From assembly GCA_964016885.1 (NCBI GenBank), contig OZ024761.1, positions 15,500,001 to 15,564,000 of the forward strand: DNA of 64,000 bases, written 5' to 3'. Of this stretch, positions 44,145 through 58,568 are shown piece after piece. The notes below the pieces were generated by a model, which ran no database searches, was not told the DNA's origin, and saw only the letters and a program-made list of their open reading frames with translations. This stretch comes from Eledone cirrhosa. Taxonomy: Eukaryota. The number at the start of each line of letters is the position of its first letter. Position 1 is the first letter of the stretch. Made by a program: the position numbers and the translations under genes.

Positions 44145-44885
44145 ACCAACCCTTACCTGTGGTCATGAATCTTGGGTAATGCTCGAAAGCATACGATCGC
44201 GAATACAAGCGGCCGAAATGGGATTCCTCCGAAGGGTCTTTGGAATAACATTACTCGATAAAGTGTATAACTCGGAGATCAGAAATTCGCTCCAGGTAGA
44301 CCCATGTGGTTAGAATGTCTCAGGAAAGAATCACTGGTTAAATCTGGAGCTCAGAGATCAGAATGTCACTCTAGGTAGAGCTGTTACGTCTCTGAAATGA
44401 GAGATCACAGCTCTGATACTATGGGCATGTGGTTAGAATGTCTCAGGAAAGAATCACTGGATAAATCTGGAGCTCAGAGATCAGAATGTCACTCTAGGTA
44501 GAGCTGTTACGTCTCTGAAATGAGAGATCACAGCTCTGATACTATGGGCATGTGGTTAGAATGTCTCAGGAAAGAATCACTGGATAAATCTGGAGCTCAG
44601 AGATCAGAATGTCACTCTAGGTACAGCTGTTACGTCTCTGAAGTGAGAGATCACAGCTCTGATACTATGGGCATGTGGTTAGAATGTCTCAGGAAAGAAT
44701 CACTGGACAGATATTACGGGCGAAACCAACAGGCAAGAGACTCAGGGGTAGACGCCGAGCAAGATGGTTGGATAACATCCATGAGCTTGGCTGGTCACGC
44801 TGGAGCATCCAGCCGAATCAGCTGGAGACTTCTGACAGGGCCTGCTGGAAGGAGTGTTTGAGGACTCTTGCTCTCAAGAAGAAGA
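44145..44885 (+). mobile_element. RTE LINE 3' fragment with an internal 123-bp tandem amplification
   Basis: PTLTCGHESWVM..RSRIQAAEMGFLRRVFGITLLDKV; catgtggttagaatgtctcagg recurs at 44303, 44426, 44549 and 44672; (GAA) tail. Confidence 0.8.
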
Positions 44886-45214
44886 ATCCTACACTACCAA
44901 CTAACTTACCCTCTGCCTCTCTGCCAATATATATATATATACATATATATTATCTTCATCATCATCGTTTAACGTCCATTTTCCATGCTAGTATGGGTTA
45001 GATGGTTTTGTTCCACTTGATACGGGATTGGTCGGGAGACCGTGTCTCGCTCGTAGAGAACTGTCCCTGGCAGGCTTTCTACGGCTGGATGCCCTTCCTA
45101 ACGCCAACCACATTTACAGTGTTGACTGGGAACCTTTTTACCATGTCTCCTACACGACCACTTTACAGCGTGGACTGGGTGCTTTCTGTTGTGTCACCGA
45201 CACGACCACTTTAC

Positions 45215-45281
<67 letters not shown>

Positions 45282-46207
45282 TATTTCTTTATTAGATAGA
45301 TAGATAGATAGATATGTCATATTATATATATGTATGTATGATGTAAAGATCTCACCATTGTGCAGTACAGAAATAGCAACAAAAGTTACATAACTAAATA
45401 GATAAACCCACACATCCACTCACTTCCATTATTTACCAACACTGCACCACACCACACCCCTCTCTCTTATATTACAGACACACCCACTCCAGAACAATGA
45501 TCCAGTCCTCCTCATTAATTACCAAATTATTCTCAGCACAATAGATATCCACTAAATCTAACATGACACTTGTCTACGCCCAGAAAATAATTGTAGGCAT
45601 GACCCAGTTATTTTACAGCCATCTGTATGGTCCCCACTTGTTCATTAACACGTAAAGCATGACTTTTTATTGCAACGCTTTCACTCCGATGATGGCCACA
45701 TGCGTGTCCGAAAGTAATGCTTTTTTTTTAAGTTAACAGATGGAATCTACGAATTAGGTCTGCTTTCTATACTAATTTGTTGTAATCGGTTAATCAGTTT
45801 AACCGTATTCATATAAACCACCATACAAATCGGTTTATTTTAAATTCTTTACATTTATCTATAAAAAAAACACAACCTTTCATGGGAAATTTTATTCAAG
45901 AACCTTTGTTAAGTTATGTTCCTTTCTGAAACCGACAAGTTAGTTATTTTACTACATCCTTCGAATGAAACAGTTCTAGTCTTGTTTATGGTACCCATTT
46001 ACGTGTGTTGTATTGAAGCAAATAACTTTGTGTCTACTCTGGGATTTTACATAACCTTACCTTTTGAGTACGCTGAGATGCAACTGGTACTAGAAGGGAA
46101 ACTTATGCTAGTCCCGTCAACTTATTACATATGTGTGTGTGTGTGTTATGTCCTAATGGATAAACGAATACACTGCAATAGTGTAATAACAATATAATCG
46201 AAACAAA

Positions 46208-46742
46208 CAACTTCGACTACCAACACACGAACTGTGGAACTAGTACTAACTTCGACTATCAACACACGAACTGTGGAACTAGTACTAACTTCGACTACCA
46301 ACACACGAACTGTGGAACTAGTACCAACTTTGACTACCAACACACGAACTGTGGAACTAGTACTAACTTCGACTATCAACACACGAACTGTGGAACTAGT
46401 ACTAACTTCGACTATCAACACACGAACTGTGGAACTAGTACCAACTTTGACTATCAACACACGAACTGTGGAACTAGTACCAACTTGACTATCAACACAC
46501 GAACTGTGGAACTAGTACCAACTTGACTACCAACACACGAACTGTGGAACTAGTACCAACTTTGACTATCAACACACGAACAGTGGAACTAGTACCAACT
46601 TGACTATCAACACAAACAGTGGAACTAGTACCAACACACGAACTGTGGAACTAGTACCAACTTGACTACCAACACACGAACTGTGGAACTAGTACCAACT
46701 TTGACTATCAACACACGAACAGTGGAACTAGTACCAACTTCT
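46208..46742. repeat. 38-39-bp minisatellite, ~14 copies
   Basis: Unit aactt(c/t)gacta(c/t)caacacacgaactgtggaactagtac(t/c). Confidence 0.92.
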
Positions 46743-47810
46743 CGCACAACAATATATATACGAGAAGACAAATAAAAATTTCGTTTGTCGATCAAATCAA
46801 CTATGTTTGGGGTGAATGTGCAAACAAAATCAAACCTCTCCACATCTTCCTGCAGAGTTTTTCTTGATACCATATATACACACACACATTATATATATGT
46901 GTGCGCGCGTGTTTGTTTGTGTGTATGTGTGTCTGTGATTTTGCTTTGCTCTACATGTAAACTTCCTCAGCGTTTGTGTTTATTTCCCATTTCTACCATA
47001 AATGTTTTTTTCTTTTACGATGACACATTTCTCACTTTTCTGTCCTCCATCCATACACTGCCATTTTTAATCTAACATTTTCTACATATTATTTTTGTAT
47101 TATTTTCTGTTTTATTTCTTTAAATATATGATTATCGTCTGCCTTTGGTGAACATCTTTCTAGTGGCTTACATATGTTGTTGCGCATCAAGAAAAAAGGA
47201 GAAAAAGTTTCTATAAACATTTTAATTGCTATTTTTCTCTTTCATTTTTTTTCTTCTACCCCCTTTCCTTCTCTCGCCGACTGAAAACCATAACAAAATA
47301 GAATGACAGAAGATGGCTGTGTGTCAATGGTGCTTTCTTTTCTTAGTTTTTTCACTGAGATGTTTAGATTTTTTTGTTTGTTTTTAGATATTTTAGTTGT
47401 TGTTGTTTCTCTCTGTCGCTGCTTTAATAAAACTAAAAAGATAGCAGAGACTGCCATCGTCTGCTAATAAAAATATATACTATATAATGTAGAACGTTAA
47501 GACGGTTCTACATTTTTTTTCTCTCAATTTAGGACAACGGATTGGCAGAGTCGTTGGAGCGTCGGACAAAATGATGCTACGGCGCTTCATGCTTTGAGTT
47601 CAAACCCTGTCTGTTGTCAACTTTGTCTTTCATCTTCTATGGTGGGTGAGGGGCAAGGGCCTTGTTTCAGGGGGTTACCAGGGGACATAAATTTTATTTA
47701 TGTGATAGGGTCCGGGAAAGGCACCATAAACACGCTCCTTTAAGAATCAACAAATGTTGGTTTGTCCCCCTCACATGTTTAGGTCCCTGGTGAGGGGTTT
47801 AAAATATGTA

Positions 47811-48305
47811 CAGTGTACCCCAGGCATTCGTGGTCCCGGTTATTTGCGCAATTTTCTTTAGAACCTAACTAATAATTGTTCGTGGAAACCACCGCATATT
47901 CGTGGAATCATAAACGTCTTCCGCAACTTTTATGGCTTTTTTCGTGGCAATATATATTTTTTCACGCATTTTAACGCTAAATTATTAATAACAATAAGGG
48001 TAGTGGATTGACAGTATCGGTAGAGGGTCGGACGCCATGCTTTCCAGCATAGTTACGTCCCTTTACGATCTGAGTTCAAATCCCGCCGAGGTTGACTTGG
48101 CCTTTCATCCTTACGGGGTCGATAAAATAAAGTACCAGTAATGCACTGGGTAATTGCTGGCCTTGTGCCTAAAGTAGAAACAATTATTAATAACAATATA
48201 CCGTATTTGCCGGTCTCACGTTTATAGGCATTTCTATGGACCAGGTGAATATTCGCGGTTTTTCACTCTAGGAACGTAACCCCCGCGAGTACCAGGGGAC
48301 AACTG
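47811..48305. mobile_element. Tigger/pogo-like MITE (TA TSD); relative on the opposite strand at about 18370-18683
   Basis: TIRs CAGTGTACCCCAGGCATTCG / CGAGTACCAGGGGACAACTG flanked by TA. Confidence 0.72.
47997..48181 (+). mobile_element. SINE family A nested in a Tigger-like MITE; another copy on the minus strand at about 48408-48594
   Basis: TSD aattattaataacaata at 47980-47996 and 48182-48198. Confidence 0.85.
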
Positions 48306-48666
48306 TATATGTTTATTATGTATAAATATATATAAGTGTGGTTGATATAACTAGCACCCGCTCTCCAACTAAAAAGAATTTCTAGCCTTGTTCCTAAAAT
48401 AGAAATAATTGTTTCTACTTTTGGCACAAGGCCAGCAATTACTCCAGTACATTACTGGTACTTTATCTTATTGACCTCGTAAGGATGAAAGGCAAAGTTA
48501 ACCTCGGCGAGATTTGAACTCAGAACGTAAAGGGCCGTAACTCTATGTTGCAAATCATGGTGTCTGACACACTACCGATACTGCCAATCCACTGCCTAAA
48601 ATAGAAATATTTTCTGTCCATTATTCTGCCTTGTCCTCTCTCTCTCTCTATATATATATATTTTTA

Positions 48667-50897
48667 GTCCAGCAAGGGACTTGCCTATGTCCAGCAAGGG
48701 ACTTGCCTATGACCAGCAAGGGACTTGCCTATGACCAGCAAGGGACTTGCCTATGTCCAGCAAGGGACTTGCCTATGACCAGCAAGGGACTTGCCTATGT
48801 CCAGCAAGGGACTTGCCTATGACCAGCAAGGGACTTGCCTATGACCAGCAAGGGACTTGCCTATGACCAGCAAGGGACTTGCCTATGACCAGCAAGGGAC
48901 TTGCATATGTCCAGCAAGGGACTTGCCTATGACCAGCAAGGGACTTGCCTATGACCAGCAAGGGACTTGCCTATGACCAGCAAGGGACTTGCCTATGACC
49001 AGCAAGGGACTTGCCTATGACCAGCAAGGGACTTGCCTATGTCCAGCAAGGGACTTGCCTATGACCAGCAAGGGACTTGCCTATGACCAGCAAGGGACTT
49101 GCCTATGACCAGCAAGGGACTTGCCTATGACCAGCAAGGGACTTGCCTATGACCAGCAAGGGACTTGCCTATGACCAGCAAGGGACTTGCCTATGACCAG
49201 CAAGGGACTTGCCTATGTCCAGCAAGGGACTTGCCTATGTCCAGCAAGGGACTTGCCTATGTCCAGCAAGGGACTTGCCTATGTCCAGCAAGGGACTTGC
49301 CTATGTCCAGCAAGGGACTTGCCTATGACCAGCAAGGGACTTGCCTATGTCCAGCAAGGGACTTGCCTATGTCCAGCAAGGGACTTGCCTATGTCCAGCA
49401 AGGGACTTGCCTATGACCAGCAAGGGACTTGCCTATGACCAGCAAGGGACTTGCCTATGACCAGCAAGGGACTTGCCTATGACCAGCAAGGGACTTGCCT
49501 ATGTCCAGCAAGGGACTTGCCTATGTCCAGCAAGGGACTTGCCTATGACCAGCAAGGGACTTGCCTATGACCAGCAAGGGACTTGCCTATGACCAGCAAG
49601 GGACTTGCCTATGTCCAGCAAGGGACTTGCCTATGTCCAGCAAGGGACTTGCCTATGACCAGCAAGGGACTTGCCTATGACCAGCAAGGGACTTGCCTAT
49701 GACCAGCAAGGGACTTGCCTATGACCAGCAAGGGACTTGCATATGTCCAGCAAGGGACTTGCCTATGACCAGCAAGGGACTTGCCTATGACCAGCAAGGG
49801 ACTTGCCTATGACCAGCAAGGGACTTGCCTATGACCAGCAAGGGACTTGCCTATGACCAGCAAGGGACTTGCCTATGTCCAGCAAGGGACTTGCCTATGA
49901 CCAGCAAGGGACTTGCCTATGACCAGCAAGGGACTTGCCTATGACCAGCAAGGGACTTGCCTATGACCAGCAAGGGACTTGCCTATGACCAGCAAGGGAC
50001 TTGCCTATGTCCAGCAAGGGACTTGCCTATGTCCAGCAAGGGACTTGCCTATGTCCAGCAAGGGACTTGCCTATGTCCAGCAAGGGACTTGCCTATGACC
50101 AGCAAGGGACTTGCATATGTCCAGCAAGGGACTTGCCTATGTCCAGCAAGGGACTTGCCTATGACCAGCAAGGGACTTGCCTATGACCAGCAAGGGACTT
50201 GCCTATGTCCAGCAAGGGACTTGCCTATGTCCAGCAAGGGACTTGCCTATGTCCAGCAAGGGACTTGCCAATGTCCAGCAAGGGACTTGCCAATGTCCAG
50301 CAAGGGACTTGCATATGTCCAGCAAGGGACTTGCCTATGTCCAGCAAGGGACTTGCCAATGTCCAGCAAGGGACTTGCCTATGACCAGCAAGGGACTTGC
50401 ATATGTCCAGCAAGGGACTTGCCTATGTCCAGCAAGGGACTTGCCTATGACCAGCAAGGGACTTGCCTATGACCAGCAAGGGACTTGCATATGTCCAGCA
50501 AGGGACTTGCCTATGTCCAGCAAGGGACTTGCCTATGACCAGCAAGGGACTTGCCTATGACCAGCAAGGGACTTGCCTATGTCCAGCAAGGGACTTGCCT
50601 ATGTCCAGCAAGGGACTTGCCTATGTCCAGCAAGGGACTTGCCTATGACCAGCAAGGGACTTGCCTATGACCAGCAAGGGACTTGCCTATGACCAGCAAG
50701 GGACTTGCATATGTCCAGCAAGGGACTTGCCTATGACCAGCAAGGGACTTGCCTATGTCCAGCAAGGGACTTGCATATGTCCAGCAAGGGACTTGCATAT
50801 GTCCAGCAAGGGACTTGCCTATGACCAGCAAGGGACTTGCCTATGACCAGCAAGGGACTTGCCTATGACCAGCAAGGGACTTGCCTATGACCAGCAA
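48667..50897. repeat. 22-bp minisatellite, ~101 copies, unit G(A/T)CCAGCAAGGGACTTGCCTAT
   Basis: Direct reading; no indels noticed; internal GCAAG-GGA-CTTGC inverted repeat. Confidence 0.97.
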
Positions 50898-51191
50898 TAT
50901 CATTCATCGCAAAAAATGTCGCATATCAAGCGATGCCCGTGCTTGAAGCTTTTTTTAAGGGAGGAAAGGCTTTGCATGGGGCCAATCCCACTCTCTGAAC
51001 ATCAAATGCATTTACCCAAAAGGAAGAACTGATCTACACCATTCGATGCAAATGAAGTCACAGGTTTTATATCATGGTGATCTTCTCATAGAAAGATGTC
51101 TTAACCCTTTAGCATTTACATTACTCTATATTTGCTAATTATCTCACATAATATGGAATCTATGAGATTTTGATATTATTTATTTTGAGAA

Positions 51192-51376
51192 GGGCGGTGG
51201 ATTGGCAGTATCAGTAGAGGGTCGGACGCCATGCTTTGCAGCATATTTACGTCCCTTTACGATCTGAGTTCAAATCCCGCCGAGGTTGACTTTGCCTTTC
51301 ATCCTTACGGGGTCTATAAAATAAAGTACCAGTAATGCACTGGGTAATTGCTGGCCTTGTGCCTAAAGTAGAAACA
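51192..51376 (+). mobile_element. SINE family A nested in a TTAA-type MITE
   Basis: 17-bp TSD attatttattttgagaa at 51175-51191 and 51377-51393. Confidence 0.88.
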
Positions 51377-51859
51377 ATTATTTATTTTGAGAACAATACC
51401 TTAACATCAGTATGGGTGGTCAGTTATAGCAGGTTTGAATAGAAAGAGGTGAGAGAATTCTGAAGGATTACTTTAAGCCAGACAGGAAGTCAGTCAGTCA
51501 GAAGTCAGTCAGTCAAACAATCAGACAGGAAGTTTGATTGCCTGACTACTTGTCTGTCTGCCCCAGTGATTAACTCCACTGTCTAACTTTCAGACTGGTT
51601 TACTCTCTGTCTGTCTGTCTAACTCGCTGACTACTTTATAGTCTGACCGACTGTCTGTTTGCCTGTCGGACTGTCTGGCTTACTTAAGGCCTCATTGACA
51701 AACGTTGTCTAACTGTCAGCCTGTCCATCTGCTAGTGTGTTTATCTGTCTTTCAGTCTAACTAACAGAGAGTCTGTCTGTTTGTCAGCCTGTCTAACTGT
51801 CAGTCTGTCTATCTGTCAGTCTGTCTATCTGTCTTTCAGCCCTAACAGACAGTCTATAT

Positions 51860-52290
51860 GGTGGATGAGGTTGAGAGGACTGAGGACAGATGCCTTTCTC
51901 TCCGGACAACAACTCATTCCCTTCTTTAGGTACCACTTTAGAAGGAGAATCAGGGTGGAGAGAGAGGCACTGCACCCCAGTAAATTTACTGAAAGGTGGG
52001 TGAATGTAGCAAAAATGGCCCGAGTGATTGGGCCTTCTCTGTTTATAAGCCTGTATGTTGAGGAAGAGAGCAAAAGGAAGAAAGGAGCACTTGCACAACA
52101 CGCTCCTGAAGTTGAGGGTTGTTCTATCGACGGGGAATTAAACAACCCATTTGTAGCGCCTCCCCCCTATTGGGGATTTCGATTGTTGTAATTGTTTGTT
52201 TTTATATTTTTTACACGACTGTATGTAAAATCCCCGGCATGTCTTTGTATTGTCCCCTTTTCTTGTGCGCCCTTGTGGCTAATAAAGAAA
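51860..52290 (+). mobile_element. L1/Tx1-like LINE 3' end; 3' UTR relatives at 21560-21802 (+) and about 58180-58260 (-)
   Basis: ORF end ...FFRYHFRRRIRVEREALHPSKFTERWVNVAKMARV; shared UTR cccctattgggg...ccttgtggytaataaagaaa. Confidence 0.5.
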
Positions 52291-52967
52291 TATATCTATC
52301 TGTCTATCAGCCTAACATACAGACAGACGGTCCGCCTAACTGACTAACGCATATTACATAACATAATATTACGATATCAATTATTTCTCTCTCTCTCCAC
52401 GTGAGTGAGTGTGTGTGTATGGTGTGTGTGTGTGGGGGGGGGTATACCTGGGTATGATACATGCGATTGTGTTTATATATGTGTGTGTGTGTGTGTTTGT
52501 AGTTGATTGTGTTTATATATATCTGTGTGTATGTGTGTGTGTAGGTGATTGTGTTTATATGTCTTTGTGTGTGTGTGTGTGTTTGTGGGTGATTGTGTTT
52601 ATATATATCTGTGTGTATGTGTGTGTGTAGGTGATTGTGTTTATATGTCTTTGTGTGTGTGTGTGTGTTTGTGGGTGATTGTGTTTATATATGACTGTGT
52701 GTATGTGTGTGTGTGTATATATATGTATGTGTGTTTGTGTGTATGTATCTGTGTATGTGTGTGTACGTATGTGTGTGTGTGTGTCTACTAATCCCCCACA
52801 CACCCGCTTGCACTCTTAACTTTGGTCTTAAAAAATATATAATGCGACAAGTTTTTGAAAGAATTCCGAAGATGGGGGGGGGGGGAAACACGTGATCGTG
52901 AAATGAATTCCACGATCATGTGGTCCCTCCCTCCTTTCTACCCTTCTGACTTTTTAAAAGAGATATG

Positions 52968-53080
<113 letters not shown>

Positions 53081-53197
53081 CATAAATATATATATACATA
53101 AATATATATATACATAAATATATATATACATAAATATATATATACATAAATATATATATACATAAATATATATATACATAAATATATATATACATAA

Positions 53198-53452
<255 letters not shown>

Positions 53453-53969
53453 CATATATATATTATAATTTTATATAGTATATATATATATATATACTTA
53501 TATATATATATACATATATATATATTATATAAATATTACTATTATACATATATATATTATATATATATATACATATATATATATACATATATATATATAC
53601 ATATATATAATACATATATATATAATACATTATATATACATATATATATATACATATATACATATATATATATATTATACTATATATATATATATATATA
53701 TATAACATATATATATATTATAATATATATTAATATATATATAATTATATATATACATATATATACATATATATACATAAATATATATATCATATAATAT
53801 ATATATATATATATACACATATATATATACAACATATATATATAATAATATATATATACATATATATAAATATATATATACATATAATATATATATACAT
53901 CATATATATATATATACACTATATATACACTATATAATATATACTATATATAAAATACTATATACATAT

Positions 53970-54000
<31 letters not shown>

Positions 54001-54409
54001 ATATATATAATATACATATTACATATATATACACATATATAATATATATACACATATATATATATATACATATACATATATATACACATATATATATATA
54101 TATATACATATATATACACATATATATATATACACACATATATATATACATATATATACACATATATATATATATATACATATATATACACATATATATA
54201 TATACATATATACACATATATATATATACATATATATATATACATATATATATACATATATATATATATATAGTAATAATAATAAATTTGAAGACTAAAA
54301 TCCAAAGAGGGCTCGATAAGGATAAATATATATCAAATATATAAGAACCGTAGAGCAAATATTTATTAAAATAACAGATTAAAGTTTAATCTGTTATTTT
54401 AATAAATAA

Positions 54410-54455
<46 letters not shown>

Positions 54456-54548
54456 ATATATATGTATGTATATATATATATATATATATATGTATGCATA
54501 TATATATGTATGTATATATATATGTATATATATATATATATATGTATG

Positions 54549-54605
<57 letters not shown>

Positions 54606-54647
54606 GTATGTATATATATATATATGTATGTATATATATATATATAT

Positions 54648-54842
54648 AACGAAGGAAATGGGGTAAGGAACCAGGTGGACCATAACGCACCAAAGTACTC
54701 AATACTTAGGGTAGTAGAGTGGGTAATAGGAACAAGTAAGACCCCGACGGCTGAGCTCAGGCCGTTTCGACGGCTAATTCGCGTCCAGAATTAGCCGTCG
54801 AAACGGCTTGAGCTCAGCCGTCGGGGTCTTACTTGTTCCTAT
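54648..54842. mobile_element. Penelope-like terminal fragment with a 55-bp inverted duplication; relatives at 20918-21057 and 6808-6858
   Basis: Arms 54726-54780 and 54788-54842. Shared motif gaccccgacggctgagctcaggccgtttcgac; all copies sit inside (TA)n. Confidence 0.6.
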
Positions 54843-54917
54843 ATATATATGTATATATATATGTATGTGTGCGTGTATTGTATCTGGTGCTTTAAAGATA
54901 TATGCTCTCTCTCTCTG

Positions 54918-55049
<132 letters not shown>

Positions 55050-55375
55050 AACACACTCATATGTCTTCGTAATCCCTTTGTGTATATAATATATCCGATG
55101 CTTGAATGATATATGTGTCTGTGTCACTCTCTCTCTCTTTCTCTCTCCATCTCTCTCTCTCTCTCTCTCTCATTGTGTATTTGTATGTACGTGTTACCAT
55201 GTATTATATTAGCTTTTTTTATTTTAATGTAACATATAAACATTGTATATTCATTTTTTTTTTAAAGTACAATTTTAAAATAAGACCAACAGCTAAGAAA
55301 ATGTATTTTATTTTAAAGTTCTCTTGCCCTCTTGAAATGAACTGAAAATGACGTTGACATTTCATACTTAACTCC

Positions 55376-56200
55376 AGGCTTAGTTGACCTGTATGTGGTT
55401 TCTCGAGTGTTTTAATTGTAGGGACCCTGATGTTGTTGTTAAAGCTTGGACTTATCTATGCAGGTTTAGCTAAACTTCTATGAGGTTGCATTTCATTGGG
55501 GACTTCTAGGGGATTTTAATTGTAGGGACCCTGATGTTGTTGTCGTTTTTGTTGTTATAGCTTGGACTTATCTATGCAGGTTTAGCTAAACTTCTATGAG
55601 GTTGCATTTCATTGGGGGTTTCTCGGGGATTTTAATTGTAGGGACCCTGATGTTGTTGTTGTTGTTTTTGTTATAGCTTGGACTTATCTATGCAGGTTTA
55701 GCTAAACTTCTATGAGGTTGCATTTCATTGGGGATTTCTCGGGGATTTTAACGGTAGGGCCTCAATGCTGTAGTTGTAGTATCAGCTCAAATCTATCTAT
55801 ACAGGCTTAGTTGGCCTTCTATGAGGTTGTATTTCATTGAGGGTTTCTAGGGGGTTTTAATGATAGGGACCCCAATGCAGTTGTTATAGTAACAATTCAT
55901 ATCTATCTATACAGGCTTAGTTGGCCTTCTATGAGGTTGTATTTCATTGAGGGTTTCTAGGGGGTTTTAATGATAGGGACCCCAATGCAGTTGTTATAGT
56001 AACAATTCATATCTATCTATACAGGCTTAGTTGGCCTTCTATGAGGTTGTATTTCATTGAGGGTTTCTAGGGGGTTTTAATGATAGGGACCCCAATGCAG
56101 TTGTTATAGTAACAATTCATATCTATCTATACAAGCTTAGTTGGCCTTCTATGAGGTCGCATTTCGTCGGAGGATTCTCGGGTATTTTAATGATAGGGGC
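55376..56200. repeat. ~110-116-bp tandem repeat, about 7 units in two subtypes
   Basis: Anchors at 55461, 55577, 55693, 55802, 55912, 56022 and 56132. Confidence 0.88.
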
Positions 56201-56450
56201 CTTGTCTCCAGTTCTAACATCGAAGGCGACATGAAATGGAGCATCTTGCTCAAGAACACAACACGACTCAGTCCGACTCAGAAATCGAACCCACGTACTG
56301 GGGTCGATTTAATCAACTGTCACCTCTCCAAACGTTGCTGGTCTTGTGCCTAAACCAGAAACCATTATTATTTCAATAAATAATTGGATGTAGATGAAAG
56401 TAAACCTGGGAGAACACTTTGGCGAATGTGATGAGAAAATATTTTAATAG

Positions 56451-56635
56451 CAAGAAGAAGAAGAAGAAGAAGAAACAGAAAAAGAAGAAAAAGAAACAAA
56501 AGAAAAAGAAACAAAAGAAGAAGAAACAAAAGAAGAAGAAAAAGAAAAAGAAAAAGAAAAAGAAAAAGAAAAAGAAGAAGAAGTGGAGGGGGAGGAGGAG
56601 AAGAAGAAGAAGAAAGAAAAAGAAGAAGAAGAAAA
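56451..56635. repeat. Polypurine (GAA)/(GAAAAA) tract
   Basis: Direct reading. Confidence 0.9.
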
Positions 56636-56736
56636 CATATGTGCCAACAACAGCGCCATTTGCAGTGCCAGCACACCCTGACATATGGTTCTTGTAATAT
56701 TGGTATGGAACGTAATATACCAAGATTCTTCACTAC

Positions 56737-57020
56737 GTAACATTAGAAACCTTCTGAAAAGAAAATTAAGCTACGAATACTGCATAATATGTCTGACAAC
56801 CAACAACTGTACCTCCTAATAAGAGAAGGTACTGGTAAGGGGCGCTATTATGTATCAGGGAACAGTTTCAGGCGGACAATGTAACATTAGAAACCTTCTG
56901 AAAAGAAAATTAAGCTTCGAATACTGCATATTATGTCTGACAACCAACAACTGTACCTCCTAATAAGAGAAGGTACTGGTAAAGGGTGCTATTATGTATC
57001 AGGGAACAGTTTCAGACGGT
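56737..57020. repeat. 144-bp direct tandem duplication
   Basis: gtaacattagaaaccttctg at 56737 and 56881. Confidence 0.88.
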
Positions 57021-57023
57021 AAA

Positions 57024-57630
57024 TACGAGGGTGTGTTGAAATGTTGATAAGCCGACTATGATGGAGTGAGCTATGTGAAATCTTGTATGTATTAATTTCA
57101 ACTCTTCTTATTAATAACTCGTTTCTTTCCACCCGCTTTAACAATTTAGTATTTAAACCGGCCATAACCGGCCAGAATTTCTCACCTCTTTCTGTTCAAA
57201 CTGGCTGTAACTGACCACTCATACTGATGTTAAGGTATTGTTCTCAAAATAAATAATATCAAAATCTCATAGCTTCGGTATCATGTGAGATAATTTTGTG
57301 AGGTAAAGCCTTTTCCGTGAAAATATGATTGTATATATAAGAGTAATGTAAATACTAAAAGGTTAAAATATGCCCAAGGCACGCTGTATGGCCATGCGGC
57401 GCCTCTTGAACCCCATCAGGGTCAGGGTCAAAAGAGAAAGAACTTCCCAGGAGCAGACTATCCAATGTAGCCTCACTACACCCTACCAATGTCAACGTTA
57501 CATATTTTCACGAGGGTGTTTTGAAAAGTTGATAAGCTGACTATGAAAGAGTAATGCTAGAGCTGTGAAATCTTGCATGCATTAAATTCAACTATTCTAT
57601 TTAATAACTGCATTGTTTCTTTCCTAGGAC
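57024..57630 (+). mobile_element. Two mariner-like left-end fragments (57024-57130 and 57509-57630)
   Basis: Both start (T/C)ACGAGGGTGT.TTGAAA.GTTGATAAGC and align for about 100 bp. Confidence 0.5.
57138..57366 (-). mobile_element. Second TTAA-type MITE family; homologous to 51101-51475 but lacking the SINE
   Basis: Reverse complement of 51101-51475 with a single copy of the target site; ends in aaaggttaa. Confidence 0.65.
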
Positions 57631-57674
57631 TACGTTGAAAAATAAACCTCGTTTAGTCATTCCATGAGAGTATC

Positions 57675-58160
57675 TCAGAACGTAAAGGGCCGTAACGTTA
57701 TGCCACAAAGCATGTTGTCCAACGCTCTACCGATTACAGCCAATCCACCACCCTAACAAGAAGAAGAAGAAGAATTATAATGGTTTCTTATATAGGCACA
57801 AGGCCAGCAATTTTGGGGGAGGGGAAAGTGCGTAACTGGTACTTTATTTTATCGACCCTTTAAGGATGAAAGGCAAGGTTAACCTCGGCGGGATTTGAAC
57901 TCAGATCATAAAGGGCCGTAACTCTATGCTGCAAAACATGTTGTCCGACGTTCTACCGATACTGCCAATAATAATAATAATAATTGTTTCTACTTTTGGC
58001 ACAAGGCCAGCAATTATCCCAGTGTATTACTGGTACTTTATTTTATCGACCCCGTAAAGATGAAAGGCAAAGTAACCTCGGCGGGATTTGAACTCAGGTC
58101 GTAAAGGGCCGTAACTCTATGCTGCAAAGCATGGTGTCCGACGCTCTACCGATACTGCCA
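57675..58160 (-). mobile_element. Cluster of three SINE family A copies (one partial) separated by simple-repeat tails
   Basis: Consensus matches at about 57675-57753, 57780-57968 and 57985-58160. Confidence 0.8.
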
Positions 58161-58338
58161 ATAATAATAATAATAATGCTTTCTTCATTAACCACAAGGG
58201 TTGACATAAAGTATAACATTAAGGACGGTACAAATTGGCGTTTCTGCGTGTACAAAAACCCCCAAAATAAATTATATATATATATATAAAACAAAAACAA
58301 AAACAAAGGATGTAACAAAAAAAAAATGAAAACAATGG

Positions 58339-58379
<41 letters not shown>

Positions 58380-58486
58380 TAACAAGCTGTTAGAGTGTAC
58401 GGTAAAGTGTAATGTCGGTGGTTTAGATAAGGGTAAGATAACACATTTGAGTCTGTTTCATATACTTGTCTCTCATTCACAAAACC

Positions 58487-58568
<82 letters not shown>

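Noticed and set aside
48667-50897. CRISPR-like look of the palindromic 22-bp repeat array
   Set aside because: No unique spacers, no cas genes, eukaryotic context; it is a pure tandem repeat.
56419-56697. Poly-Lys ORF
   Set aside because: Translation of a (GAA)/(GAAAAA) tract.
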